Source of the DNA: an uncultured Candidatus Binatia bacterium
Lineage (GTDB): Bacteria; Desulfobacterota; Binatia; Bin18
Length of the DNA stretch: 64,000 nucleotides
Direction of reading: 5' to 3'
Assembly (NCBI GenBank): GCA_965214605.1
Contig: OZ243961.1
Span: 1,984,001-2,048,000, forward strand
Within the stretch, counting starts at the first letter, position 1. The number at the start of each line of letters is the position of its first letter. Both the position numbers and the translations under genes were made by a program. The notes under the pieces were generated by a model, which was given only the letters and a program-made list of their open reading frames with translations, did no database searches and had not been told where the DNA came from. This document shows, one piece after another, positions 49,485 through 60,120 of this stretch.

Positions 49485-50294
49485 ATGCTGTCTCAAGCGC
49501 TCGACTTCCGGGCCGAAAGTGATACCTTTTTTGATCTCCTTGATGGCCTAGGAGATCAGGACTGGAGCCGAACAACCCAGTTCAAGGGCTGGACTATCAA
49601 CGACGTGCTGGCCCACATCCATCTTGGTAACTATCTGGCAGATCTGTCGTTGCAGGACAGCCAGGCATTCCTCGACTTTATCCAAACCTTCGGGTCGGCC
49701 AGCAAACAATCTACCAACCGTCTCCAGGCGACCCATGACTGGCTAGAGGGCCTGTGCCACCGCACCCTGCTGGAGCGCTGGCGAGCGTTCTACACCGAGA
49801 TGGCCGGTCGATTTGCCAACGTTGACCCCAAGCTGCGGGTCAAATGGGTTGGGCCCGACATGAGTGTACGCTCCAGTATTAGCGCCCGACAGATGGAAAC
49901 CTGGGCCCACGCCCAGGCTGTGTACGATGTGCTGGGCCGGGAGCGGATCGTCACCGACCGCCTCAAAAATGTTGCTGTCATGGGCGTCAACACCTTTGCC
50001 TGGACCTTTCGCAACAGAGGGTTACCCGTTCCCGCCGACCCACCCCGTGTCCGGCTCAGCGCCCCTTCGGGCGGAGTATGGGAGTGGCACTCGGCCGATG
50101 ACCGCAACACGATCCAGGGACAGGCGGTTGAGTTCTGTCAGGTTGTGACCCAGGTACGCAACATTGCCGATACGACTCTCCAAGTGCGAGGTGACACCGC
50201 AACCGCTTGGATGGCGATCGCCCAGTGTTTTGCCGGGCCGCCGGAGAACCCGCCTGCGCCGGGAAGCCGTTTTCGACAAGTGAGGCATCCTTGA
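49485..50294 (+). CDS. TIGR03084-like DinB/MDMPI superfamily protein
   Basis: GWTINDVLAH, WVGPDMS, ARQMETWAH, AQCFAGPP. Confidence 0.85.
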   Translation: MLSQALDFRAESDTFFDLLDGLGDQDWSRTTQFKGWTINDVLAHIHLGNYLADLSLQDSQAFLDFIQTFGSASKQSTNRLQATHDWLEGLCHRTLLERWRAFYTEMAGRFANVDPKLRVKWVGPDMSVRSSISARQMETWAHAQAVYDVLGRERIVTDRLKNVAVMGVNTFAWTFRNRGLPVPADPPRVRLSAPSGGVWEWHSADDRNTIQGQAVEFCQVVTQVRNIADTTLQVRGDTATAWMAIAQCFAGPPENPPAPGSRFRQVRHP

Positions 50295-50295
50295 A

Positions 50296-50672
50296 GGAGC
50301 GACGCTGGGATCAATACGTACTGCTCCTGTTTTCTTCCTCAAACCCGGAAGCTCTCAATGCCGCGTGGTGCTCCAGAGGCTGCAGTTCAGTATTCAGTTG
50401 TTTCAGCACTATATTTTGCGTTAATACGGATCTGATGGCATATGTGGTCAATTGAGTCGCTCACGCGTCCTCCACGCGGTGACGGGGAGGAGAAGACTCA
50501 ATCAAGGACCATCTCCAGGTGTTGGGTCGCCTCATTCCACTCAAATAGTGTCGTTTGGCCTGGCGTCGGGAAATTCTCGACCCGGACCCGTGCACGCGCC
50601 CCCCTCACAAACTCCGCCCCGGCAGTCGCCACCTCGAACGTGCTTCGGGAAAACTCCACCCCGTTATCATAA
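50296..50672. repeat. Dispersed duplication, copy B
   Basis: Matches 25335-25719. Confidence 0.9.
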
Positions 50673-52765
50673 GCCACCGCGGTATGGACCCCGTCGCCCA
50701 GCGCCGCCCAGTTCATTTGCGCAATAAACCCGTTATCCGTCGTCCCGCAGACATGGCGCGTATCGCCCCGTGGCTGCTTCGTCGCCACACGGATGGGCAC
50801 CCCACCATTGAGGGTGACCGTAATAGTCCCGGCGTTGCACTTCCAGCCCGAGATAAAGCCCAGGCCCGACAGTTTGCCTCCATTGCCGGGACTCTCTAGC
50901 AGCCCGCGCCCGCCTGGGGTGACGCGCTCGCCTGGAGTGAAGCGCACGACCAAGGTATACTGCCCGAAGTCTTGATATCCACTGACCCGGATATAATATC
51001 TCCCGGCCGATATGGACTGAACAAACCGAAAATTACGTCCGGTTCCCGCGTCGTCGTTCGAACTCAGCACTTGGCCGGTTGCGCTCCGCAACCGCCCGAC
51101 CGTGTCCGTACTCCCTGTCGTCTCAACCGTTAAGGTCCCGGCTTGGGACACGCTGATTCGGAAATAATCGACGTCTTCCACCGCCTCAAGATGGCCGGGG
51201 GTTGACGAAGTGGCCTCTATCCGAGTCGCCTCCCCAGGGCTATTCCCGTGGTCGTCTGGGGGTGGAGAGGCGAGGACGTCGTCTCCCGCTAGCCAGCGGC
51301 GGGCATGGGGAAAGAAGAGGTCAAAGCGACCATAGCTGCTGGTGATGGTAAAACACCCCTCATCTAGACGACCACCTGACAGGACACCGCGCAGATACCC
51401 ATCTGCATCAAACAGGCCGGACCCGCTACTACCCGGCTCGGCGGCGCCTCGCAACCAACGAACATCTATCACCTCAACAACTTGTTCGCCGCTATCAAAT
51501 TGCTCGTTTTCATTCTCATCAAGATAAACAACCTTGAAGCCTGTTGTGATTCCATCACTGTACTTCTTGAGGTCGCCTCCAGAATGATGCACCCCATAGA
51601 TCTTCGTGGGATGATTGAGGGCTGCAGAGCTCCAGCCGGCGTACCAGCGGCCCTTCGGGCCCCGTGGAGGGGCCCGCCGGAGTCTCAACAGGGTGGAATC
51701 CGACTTGGCCTGCGTGACCAGAAGGTCCGCACCGCCGTCTAGCTGGGTCACGGTTATCGGGGCGGCCCCGCCACAGCGGGCGCGCTCAAAGTCCCAATAG
51801 GTCACAAGCGATCGAGCGACAGCCTGTGTAGCGATACAATGATGGGCGGTGAGGAAATACGGAAGATAAGAGCCGGCGTCCCTATCAGCCATCAAGACGC
51901 CGGTACATTGAGAGCTCGTGCCATCTTCATTAGTAAAAATCATTTTGGCAGTCGCGCTGGCCTCTGTCGCCACATTGCGACAGTGAACATCGATGTGGGA
52001 GGAACAGGTAGCCCCACCAATATCTCCCAAGCTCTGAGGTGCGTGAGGTGCGTACTGTTTGTTCTGATGGGGGGCAGAGACGAAGTGAGAGACCTGCTCC
52101 ACATACAGGGAGAAGAGAGAAAGCCCTGCGGACGACGGGAGGGTGATGGCAATCCCGACAGTCTTGCCGTCTATGACGGGGGACCACAGCGGGGCGTCCT
52201 GCCCAAGAGACGCGCTGGGACCGGAAGACGCATCGACCGGGGACGTGAAATTATGCTGCGTCAAAGGACCAAATCGTTGACCGGGGTTGGCCGGACTCAA
52301 GAAGCGGAGTTCCGCGCCGGGGCCCAGGGTCGCAGAGACGGCAACCCGCAGCGCCCGGGCTCCGGGAGAGGTGATGCGGAGCCGACTGACGAGCCTCCCA
52401 TCGCCTCGCGTGACCCACGCCAGACGGGGAGCCAGGTCATCCTGATAGGCGGAGGGAATCTCCCGACCAAAACCGATTTGCAACGGGGCAGTCGCGTTAC
52501 GTTGCTCCCCTTCGACCAACTCAGCATCAGTGACGGCCGGCAGAGTAATGCTGAGCGCAGTCGGGTTGGCCGTGTCATCCTGTGTCGGTGGCTGGGCGTA
52601 AGGACCCTGAGCCGCATCCGAGGGCGGCTTTGGCGGTCTGAGTTCGCTGTCAACGGTCCATTCCTGGGGCTGGCCGACGGCCGCCAAACCGAGCACCAGA
52701 ACGCCGGCACACAGAGAGCGGCGCCAAACGCCGTCCCAGCTCTGATGGTGCAGTCTCTTTCTCAT
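50498..52765 (-). CDS. Secreted trypsin-like (lysyl endopeptidase-like) serine protease with a PPC domain and an uncharacterised C-terminal domain
   Basis: Signal-like N-terminus, LTAHHC, SDSTLLRL, GSSGSG triad, DDHGN...DVDYF PPC module. Confidence 0.85.
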   Translation of the reverse strand: MRKRLHHQSWDGVWRRSLCAGVLVLGLAAVGQPQEWTVDSELRPPKPPSDAAQGPYAQPPTQDDTANPTALSITLPAVTDAELVEGEQRNATAPLQIGFGREIPSAYQDDLAPRLAWVTRGDGRLVSRLRITSPGARALRVAVSATLGPGAELRFLSPANPGQRFGPLTQHNFTSPVDASSGPSASLGQDAPLWSPVIDGKTVGIAITLPSSAGLSLFSLYVEQVSHFVSAPHQNKQYAPHAPQSLGDIGGATCSSHIDVHCRNVATEASATAKMIFTNEDGTSSQCTGVLMADRDAGSYLPYFLTAHHCIATQAVARSLVTYWDFERARCGGAAPITVTQLDGGADLLVTQAKSDSTLLRLRRAPPRGPKGRWYAGWSSAALNHPTKIYGVHHSGGDLKKYSDGITTGFKVVYLDENENEQFDSGEQVVEVIDVRWLRGAAEPGSSGSGLFDADGYLRGVLSGGRLDEGCFTITSSYGRFDLFFPHARRWLAGDDVLASPPPDDHGNSPGEATRIEATSSTPGHLEAVEDVDYFRISVSQAGTLTVETTGSTDTVGRLRSATGQVLSSNDDAGTGRNFRFVQSISAGRYYIRVSGYQDFGQYTLVVRFTPGERVTPGGRGLLESPGNGGKLSGLGFISGWKCNAGTITVTLNGGVPIRVATKQPRGDTRHVCGTTDNGFIAQMNWAALGDGVHTAVAYDNGVEFSRSTFEVATAGAEFVRGARARVRVENFPTPGQTTLFEWNEATQHLEMVLD

Positions 52766-52773
52766 ACGAGTCC

Positions 52774-53754
52774 TTATAAGCCGGACAGGCTCACCCCTCT
52801 TCGGGGCGTGAGCCTGTCCCGTTCTCGTGCTTCCGCCAGCGTCCGCGCCTGCGGGATACGACCGCTGTTTACAATGTACACCCCAAGACATACGCCCGCC
52901 ACGCCGACGAGTTGGACGACTCCCATGCGCTCACCGAGCAGCAGCCAACCGTAGAACACAGCGAACACGGGCGACAGAAAGGTCAGTGCCGCCACCCGGG
53001 TTGCCGAGTTGCGCTGGATAAGCCAGGCATAGGCGACGAAGCCAAAGGCGGCTGAAACAATCCCCAGATACAGGATTGACGCGACCGCGCGTCCGGAAAA
53101 AACAAATGCGGCGCCTGGCTCCCAGAGCCACGAACACAGCCCCAGCAAGGGCCACGACATCCAGGATTGCCAACAGATTAGGGCTACCGGAGAGATTCGT
53201 CCGGCTACCCGCTTGATCATCACGCCGGAAACAGCGGTTGCTATCGCGCCGCTCAGCACGATGGCATCGCCGATGAGTGTCGCCGTTATTCCGCCCCCAA
53301 GCTTGGCCAAGAATAGGATAATCAGGCCGATAAAGGCCAGCCCCAAGCCAAACAGTTTACGCAGGGTGAGGTGATCACCAGGAAGAAAATACGGTGCCAA
53401 CAGGGCCAAGAAAATCGGCTGGGCGTAGAAGAACACCGCTGCTCGGCCCGAAGTCGTCCGCGACGTGCCGACGTAGGCGGCTACATTCGTGTAAAAAAAC
53501 AACAGGCCTAGAACCACCAGAAGCGTGGCTTCGGCTCGTCCAAAGCGCAGCGGGATCCGCTTGTAGTGGGCCCAGCCGGTCAGCACCAGACTGGTCAGCA
53601 AAAAGCGCAGCGCTCCGGCGCCCAGCGGAGGCATATCCATCGTTCCGACTTTGATGGCGACAAAGGCGCCACCCCAGATCGCGCACAGTAAGATCGTGAG
53701 GGCAACGGCAAACAGCCCGAGGGGGGAGTCGGTTGCCCGGCTGTTGTGTGGCAT
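52774..53754 (-). CDS. DMT/EamA family transporter
   Basis: About 10 TM segments, IWGG..VAIK, RF, LSPVFAV..GWLLLGE. Confidence 0.9.
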   Translation of the reverse strand: MPHNSRATDSPLGLFAVALTILLCAIWGGAFVAIKVGTMDMPPLGAGALRFLLTSLVLTGWAHYKRIPLRFGRAEATLLVVLGLLFFYTNVAAYVGTSRTTSGRAAVFFYAQPIFLALLAPYFLPGDHLTLRKLFGLGLAFIGLIILFLAKLGGGITATLIGDAIVLSGAIATAVSGVMIKRVAGRISPVALICWQSWMSWPLLGLCSWLWEPGAAFVFSGRAVASILYLGIVSAAFGFVAYAWLIQRNSATRVAALTFLSPVFAVFYGWLLLGERMGVVQLVGVAGVCLGVYIVNSGRIPQARTLAEARERDRLTPRRGVSLSGL

Positions 53755-53789
53755 TGGGTGACTGCTGATTCTGGGCTAATCCGGCTCGT

Positions 53790-55727
53790 TCACCTTTTCC
53801 TGGCTGCGGCAGACCGGCGCCACGAGGCCCGTTCGGCCGCGGCTAGGCGTCGCGCATCGCGCGGAGTATCGGTGACCACGGTGAGGTAGAACTCACACAT
53901 CTCATCAGTCGATTGCCACCCCCAACCAATACGTTGGGGCGGAGAGTTGGGGTTGTCGGAGTTGTCGGCTGAATTGTCATACGTAAACCAGGCATCAATC
54001 CGACTGCCGGCCGGGAGGCGGAGTGGCTGGCGAAAGGTGTAAATACTCTGCCACCGAAAATCCCAGTCTGGAATGTGGAGCAGGGGAAGGGTCTGACCGT
54101 CCGGCAGCGTCGCTACGGCTTGTACGGCTTTGCCGACGTAGTGCATGTGCGGCTGGATACCGAACAGCATCATAGCAACCGGAACGTGTAGCTGGAGATG
54201 GCGTTGGTAGTCGGCCTCACCCGCGCTGATGTCCACGTCGAGCGTGCGCATGGCTAGGGTTTGCACACTTCTTTGAATCGATTTCTTGGCAAAATACAGC
54301 CCAACGGCGCTGCGGTCGGTCGTAGGTTTTCCGCTCAGATGATAATGAATTTCTATCAGGAGGTCGCCGCCACGACCGAGCGGCACCCCAACGCCTTGGG
54401 GTAAGTATCGAGCCATACTCCCCGGCGCCCAGCCACCAATAGCCTGTGTACCTCGGGGCAGACCCGCAGAGTTGTTGAACAGCGAGAAGCCCGGCTCGTC
54501 GTCCTGAGCGTCCTGAGCACGTGCCCAGCCGCTGTAATCCATGTAGGTAATATTGTGATGGACGACAGTCGGATCACCAGGCTTAAAATCAAAGGCCACC
54601 AAGTGCCTATCCTGGGCCAAGACATTCGGTACAACGAAGTAGCGATACACGTCTCGACCTGTCGCCGGAACGGGATAGGGTTCAGGAAGGGACACAACCA
54701 TGTCCGGCTCGCCAAGCGGCCAGTCTGAGGGGTGGGCGGGCAGTAGCGGAAGCGCATCTGCTGTCTGTCCGTGTGACGCTCCAGCCTCTGCCCAGGCGGA
54801 CAGCAGGTCAATTTGCCGTTGGGTCAGACGCCGTTCGTTCTGAAAATGGCCGAAGCCCGGCTCCGCATACCAGGGTGGCATGCGGCGTTCGGCAGTGACG
54901 AGGGCGATCATCCGGGCGCGTTGTTTGACCTTTTCATAGGAATCTAAGGCAAACGGACCGATCCGCCCCTGGCTATGACACTCAACACAGTTGGCGTGCA
55001 CTATCGGAGCAATATCGCGCGTGTAGGTCACCCGCGGCAGCCGCATGTCACTCCACGCTTCAAAAATACAACCCACCGCAGGAGTGGCCTCGCCCGTTGG
55101 CCTGTGGCCGGCAGCGACCTTGGTGATGGCGTCTCTCAGATCGTGCGCCGTTATCGTCTGACGGAGCTTCCCGAGTGCGGCGAAGCGGTTGTCGATACGC
55201 CCCCGGTAGACGATACGGTCTGAGGGAGCAATCACAAAGACCTCGGGAACTACCTTGGGACGGAGCGTCAGGGCCAGATCGCCCGAACCGTCAAACAGAA
55301 GGGGATAGCGGATCTCGTGCTGCTCGCGGAACTGTCTGGCCTCTTGGGGCGTGGTCCGAGGATGGGAAATAACCCCATAAAAATCGAGCTGAGCCTGGCT
55401 GGCTTGACGGAAAAGGGCGTTCAAATCCGGTGCGTACCGGGTTGAGATTGGGCATTCAATGTCGAGGAAGACAAGGACAAGCGGGCGTACGGTCTCGTCA
55501 AGGCCGAGTACATGGATCCGTCCGTCAAGGCCGAGGCTGCGTCGTCCAATCAGACCGGCCGGCCCGCCCGTGGTCGGCAGTTCGGTGTCAGCAGGGGGCA
55601 GCAGGGGGCCCTGAGTCACAGCGGTTTTACCGGCCGCGGCAGCAGGCCGCCCAGCGGCCATACTAAAAACAGCCCACACCATGAGGCACCCGCCGATGAG
55701 CAGCAACACTCCTGTTCTCTTCTTCAT
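53790..55727 (-). CDS. Exported redoxin-cytochrome c-copper type II (PHM-like) monooxygenase fusion
   Basis: Signal peptide, ECPIS and YRGRIDN redoxin, CVECH heme motif, VVHH / PHMH / DEMC copper ligands. Confidence 0.85.
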   Translation of the reverse strand: MKKRTGVLLLIGGCLMVWAVFSMAAGRPAAAAGKTAVTQGPLLPPADTELPTTGGPAGLIGRRSLGLDGRIHVLGLDETVRPLVLVFLDIECPISTRYAPDLNALFRQASQAQLDFYGVISHPRTTPQEARQFREQHEIRYPLLFDGSGDLALTLRPKVVPEVFVIAPSDRIVYRGRIDNRFAALGKLRQTITAHDLRDAITKVAAGHRPTGEATPAVGCIFEAWSDMRLPRVTYTRDIAPIVHANCVECHSQGRIGPFALDSYEKVKQRARMIALVTAERRMPPWYAEPGFGHFQNERRLTQRQIDLLSAWAEAGASHGQTADALPLLPAHPSDWPLGEPDMVVSLPEPYPVPATGRDVYRYFVVPNVLAQDRHLVAFDFKPGDPTVVHHNITYMDYSGWARAQDAQDDEPGFSLFNNSAGLPRGTQAIGGWAPGSMARYLPQGVGVPLGRGGDLLIEIHYHLSGKPTTDRSAVGLYFAKKSIQRSVQTLAMRTLDVDISAGEADYQRHLQLHVPVAMMLFGIQPHMHYVGKAVQAVATLPDGQTLPLLHIPDWDFRWQSIYTFRQPLRLPAGSRIDAWFTYDNSADNSDNPNSPPQRIGWGWQSTDEMCEFYLTVVTDTPRDARRLAAAERASWRRSAAARKR

Positions 55728-55749
55728 CAGTCCTTTCCTCCCGAGGTCG

Positions 55750-56600
55750 GGGAACCCGGCTCAGCTCCTGAGCCGGCGTCGGGCAAGATCTACCGCGATT
55801 TCTCCCAACGTGCGCCGACTCACCCCGACGCGACTGTGGGTGTATTCAATCAGCCGCTCGTACATTGGCAAAACCTGCGGGCGACCGCTAGGGGGGACAG
55901 TCATAGCACACCCGGCATCGTATTCCCGGTACACCGGCGGATTGACAAAGCCCTGGGCTGTCGGCCGACTTCTTCATAAACATCATCAATGGCAGGTCAT
56001 CGAGGTACCGGCCGGACGGAGTCCCGACCAGATTCGTCTCTTTGCCGTGCTGCAAAGGTCTCCATCCATTCAGCAGCCGGTTTGGTGCGGTCGCTGTTGG
56101 TCCATCTGTTGTCGACCTGGACGTAGCAGGGATAGAATTCATTGTGCATCAGGCTGGGATCATACGAGAAGCCATGCTTTCATAACAGCTCGTTGGTGAT
56201 GGGCGAGGATTCCCCCCACGGGGCCACCTGGCCGAGCAGTCGTTCGCCCGAGATATGGTCGACTAGCCTAATCCTCCTGAGCCCTGCTCTTCCTGTTGGG
56301 GCGTCATGGCAATCGGATTTTCGTGGGCGTAGCTGCGCGCGCCGGTTTCATATCTAGTCTCGACAACTCATCCGCTTCTGGATCGGGAAAGGTCTCAATC
56401 GAAGGGCCGGATGCAAACCAAGAGGTTTTGATATCGTATTCGGCAAACAGGTCCCTCAAATGCGGCCGACCTCACCGACGAATAGACCGCGGAAATGTCA
56501 TCCGGCGAGTCTTGTCCAGCGTATCAAGCCAGCCGGCCACCGCATCAAGGGCGCTCCCATAGGCAACGCCGTGCTCCTGCCCACAAGTTTCAGGAGCTGC
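55750..56600 (-). pseudogene. Decayed PgdA/PuuE-like polysaccharide deacetylase
   Basis: [32 protein letters not shown] and GRPQVL.MYERLIEY across frames. Confidence 0.75.
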
Positions 56601-56639
56601 CCAATCACTAGAGCCTAGCGAGACAAGAGTCAAGCTGCG

Positions 56640-57581
56640 CTACTGCACAAACTCATTATGATGGTCCAACCACCACCGGGCAATGTCGAGCCGGCGGGTA
56701 AACCAGACCTTGCCCTTGTCCAGCGCGTATTCAAGGAACTCCCGCAAAGCGGCCGTCCGACCGGCCTGGCCGACCAGGCGCGGATGGAGACCGATCGACA
56801 TCATTTTGGGATACCCAGCCGCCCCCTCGCGCCACAGTTCATCTAGACCGTATTTGCAGGTCTCAAAGAAATCGGTCGGACCGCCGTAGCCCTGGGGCAA
56901 GACGTAGCGCGCGTCGTTATAGGTCAGCGAATACGGCACGATCAGGTGTGGCTCGCCGTTCACCTCGGTAAGGTAGGGCAGATCGTCGTTGTAGGCGTCC
57001 GAGTCGTAGACAAAACCACCCTCTTCGACCAACAGTTGGCGGGTGTTCACGCTTGGTCCGTAACGACAGTACCAGCCCTGGGGACGTTGGCCACAAGTTT
57101 GGTGAAGAGACTCGATGGCCCACTGTATGTGCTGACGTTCTTCCTCACGGTTGAGCAGCCAATGTTCGCTCCAGCGCCAGCCGTGCGAGCATGGCTCATG
57201 GCCGCTGTCTTGAATCCATTGGCCGACTTCGGGATTACGCTCTAGGGCTACCGCACAGGCGAAGAAGGTAACCGGGATCTGATATTCATCAAACAGACGT
57301 AGCAGGCGCCAAATGCCGGCCCGGCTGCCATACTCGTAGACTGACTCGGTACACAGATCACGGTATTTGGGATTCAGGGCGTAGTTAATTTCGGCCAACC
57401 CCTCGTTACGCTGATCGCCCAGCGGTTTGGCGTACTCGGAGCCCTCTTCGTAGTTGACGACTAGATTGACCGCTACATGGGCCTCATCGGGCCACACAAC
57501 TTTTGGCAATGAGCGACCATAACCGACGAAGTCGCGCCTGGGACCTGGAATATCGAGATCTTTGAGTTGTTCGGCTGCCAT
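56640..57581 (-). CDS. puuE: PuuE-like allantoinase / polysaccharide deacetylase family protein
   Basis: RDFVGYG, VNYEEG, YEYGSRAG, SHGWRW, MMSIGLHPR. Confidence 0.8.
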   Translation of the reverse strand: MAAEQLKDLDIPGPRRDFVGYGRSLPKVVWPDEAHVAVNLVVNYEEGSEYAKPLGDQRNEGLAEINYALNPKYRDLCTESVYEYGSRAGIWRLLRLFDEYQIPVTFFACAVALERNPEVGQWIQDSGHEPCSHGWRWSEHWLLNREEERQHIQWAIESLHQTCGQRPQGWYCRYGPSVNTRQLLVEEGGFVYDSDAYNDDLPYLTEVNGEPHLIVPYSLTYNDARYVLPQGYGGPTDFFETCKYGLDELWREGAAGYPKMMSIGLHPRLVGQAGRTAALREFLEYALDKGKVWFTRRLDIARWWLDHHNEFVQ

Positions 57582-57661
57582 AGTTTCTCCTCCTGTACGT
57601 ACGCTAGCTTGACGTTTCCGGCCTGACAAGCCTAAAAGCGTCTGATACGGGAGGCCGAACT

Positions 57662-59011
57662 ATGGCTCACCTTATCTGCTTGAGAATAGCCCTGTGTCTG
57701 ATCACCATCGGTCTCCTGTCCCCGCCCTTGTCGGAGGCAGGACAGGAGCCAACGTCGACCGGATCTCGAAGTTGGCGAACACTGGCCGAACTGACTGAGC
57801 AGGAGCGGTTTGAGTTCGACCCACGGACCCACCTCCCACGCGACTCCCAATATCCCTATATTCCGGCCGAGCGTTACCCGTTTGAGCCGCCCTACACGGC
57901 AGAGGAGATGGGCTTTCGGGCTATGGAGTTCAGCCACTCGCCGCGCTGGTCGTGCAATCTGATTGACGTCAGCGGCAAGCTCACCAGCGAGGGCTATTTA
58001 TTCACCTCCAAACTCTACAGCCCGATCTTCTACGTTCCCAACGCCAAAGGGCTGACCGGCTTTGCCGGAGAGTTGTATGGCACCCTGCCGGGCCAACCCA
58101 CCCGCCAGATTACCGGCCAAGACATCTTTCCGCCCGAGACCTACGGCAATCAGATGATCCTGATCCAGTACCGGACCGACCTAGAGCATCCCACCCGCTG
58201 GGATCTGTTTGTGTACACCGACGGACTGCGTCGCGTCCGCCGCCAGCCCTCTCCGCGACGGGGAGATAAACTTGCCCAAGGGTCGGAAGGATTTGACGAC
58301 GTTTTTGGACGTGACCCATGGGAGTTTGACTGGGAAGTGCTGGGAACGGACGTCCTATACGAAACTATCCGTTTTCCCTCGACCCGTCCAACCATCACCC
58401 TGGCTCGTCCCGACGGCACCTTCTACACGGTTGAAACCAAAGACTTTCTGACCATGGGCAAGCACTATCCGTTTTATACCGCTGAGAACGGAGTTCGGTG
58501 CTGGGTCGTCAAAGCCCAGGTCAAAGAAGAGTGGTTGCCTAACTATTACGCGCCGACGATTGTGTACTGGCTCGATCAGCACTATTTTTATCCGCTGCGT
58601 ATTGAGCAGTACGGCCGCGACGGCAATCTGGCTTTTATTGAAACCCGCTTTGCCGAGCATCTCAACCCGGCCATGGGTGACCAGGGCTATGGCATGCACT
58701 TTAACTACTACTGGGATGTGAGCCTCGACTACATGGGTTACAGCATTCATGACGCCCACGTCATCCGCGAGTGGTCGGAACAGGATCAGAAGGTCTTTTT
58801 TAGTCCTGCCGTTCTGCCCCGGAAGTGGCATTTTGCGCCGCTCAAAAGCCAGGTCGAGGTCACCTCACCTGAACAGTTTTTTCTGCGTCCTCACCTTGAG
58901 CGCGATAAATTTCCCCAGCACCGGAAGATCGAACTGCCGGCCGCCCTCGAAGAGAGGATCAAGGCCCAGGAGGCGGCCGGCTATCTGGTCTTTAGCGATG
59001 AAGACGGCTAG
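57662..59011 (+). CDS. DUF1329 (LolA-like) exported protein
   Basis: Signal peptide, YTDGLRRVRR, YWLDQ..FYPLRIEQYGRDG. Confidence 0.75.
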   Translation: MAHLICLRIALCLITIGLLSPPLSEAGQEPTSTGSRSWRTLAELTEQERFEFDPRTHLPRDSQYPYIPAERYPFEPPYTAEEMGFRAMEFSHSPRWSCNLIDVSGKLTSEGYLFTSKLYSPIFYVPNAKGLTGFAGELYGTLPGQPTRQITGQDIFPPETYGNQMILIQYRTDLEHPTRWDLFVYTDGLRRVRRQPSPRRGDKLAQGSEGFDDVFGRDPWEFDWEVLGTDVLYETIRFPSTRPTITLARPDGTFYTVETKDFLTMGKHYPFYTAENGVRCWVVKAQVKEEWLPNYYAPTIVYWLDQHYFYPLRIEQYGRDGNLAFIETRFAEHLNPAMGDQGYGMHFNYYWDVSLDYMGYSIHDAHVIREWSEQDQKVFFSPAVLPRKWHFAPLKSQVEVTSPEQFFLRPHLERDKFPQHRKIELPAALEERIKAQEAAGYLVFSDEDG

Positions 59012-59112
59012 GCTGAGGGGAAGAGGAAAAGCAAAGGTCACAACTGAAACCAGCGTCCACCAATAGCCAGAGGGTGGCCTGGCGAAGCAGAGAGCCCAGC
59101 ACGGCTGACCCT

Positions 59113-60081
59113 TCAGGCCATACCGTCCTCACCCACAAAAATCTGAGCCGGACCTCTGGGCACAATACCGGTCGGGTTGACCCGGCTGATACCGTAATAA
59201 CCGTGTTTGATGTGATAAAAATCCACCGTCTCGGCAATGCCCGGCACTTGGTATAACCGTGTGAGGTAGGCCGATAGGTTCGGATAGTCACAGATCCGAC
59301 GTAGGTTACATCTGAACAACCCGTGATAGGCAATATCAAAACGAATCAGCGTCACAAAAGCTCGCCAGTCGCTCTCGGTGATCCGTTCACCGAGCAAATA
59401 CGAACGGCCATCAAGCCGCTGCTCCAATTCGTCTAAGCAGCTAAACACGTCAGTCACCGCCTCATCGTAAGCGGCTTGAGCCGTCGCAAAGCCGGTCCGG
59501 TATACCCCGTTATTGAGAGCCTCGTACATGCGCTCGTTCAGCCGATCAATCTCCGACCGCAGTGCCACTGGGTAGAAGTTGACCGAAGCGTCGCCATACG
59601 CGTCAAAGGCGCTGTTCAGCATGCGGATGATATCGGCCGACTCATTGTTCACCATGGTATGCTGAACCTTGTCCCATAGTACCGGAACGGTTGTTCGGCC
59701 GGTGAAATGCGGATCAGCCCGAGTGTAGAGCTCATGGATATAGCGGATATTGTACAGTGGGTCAGGAATAGAACCGGGGTGCTCGCCAAACTCCCAGCCC
59801 TCTTTACCCATGGCCGGGAAGGAGATCGATACCGAAATAACGTCTTCGAGTTTCTTGAGCTTGTGGTAGGCCAGGGTTCGACACGCCCAGGGACACACCA
59901 GGGCAACGTACAAATGGTAACGCCCCGGCTCGGCCTTGAATCCGCCCACGCCGGTCGGGCCGGGCGAGCCGTCCGGCGTAACCCAGTTGCGAAAGGGGGA
60001 GTCCTGACGGACAAATCGGCCCTGGGAGTCGGTCGACTTTGACGCTTGCGAATCGTTTATCCATTTTCCGTCAATAAGCAT
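59113..60081 (-). CDS. yqjG: Glutathionyl-hydroquinone reductase (Xi-class GST)
   Basis: GRYHLY..CPWA, TVPVLWD, NNES, NNGVY, RFD..Y. Confidence 0.92.
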   Translation of the reverse strand: MLIDGKWINDSQASKSTDSQGRFVRQDSPFRNWVTPDGSPGPTGVGGFKAEPGRYHLYVALVCPWACRTLAYHKLKKLEDVISVSISFPAMGKEGWEFGEHPGSIPDPLYNIRYIHELYTRADPHFTGRTTVPVLWDKVQHTMVNNESADIIRMLNSAFDAYGDASVNFYPVALRSEIDRLNERMYEALNNGVYRTGFATAQAAYDEAVTDVFSCLDELEQRLDGRSYLLGERITESDWRAFVTLIRFDIAYHGLFRCNLRRICDYPNLSAYLTRLYQVPGIAETVDFYHIKHGYYGISRVNPTGIVPRGPAQIFVGEDGMA

Positions 60082-60120
60082 GCTCGCCTCCTGTCGCTGC
60101 GCTGCGACCCTGGCATTCCT

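Noticed and set aside
51839-52954. 371-aa plus-strand ORF
   Set aside because: Antisense to the protease, which has a clear catalytic triad.
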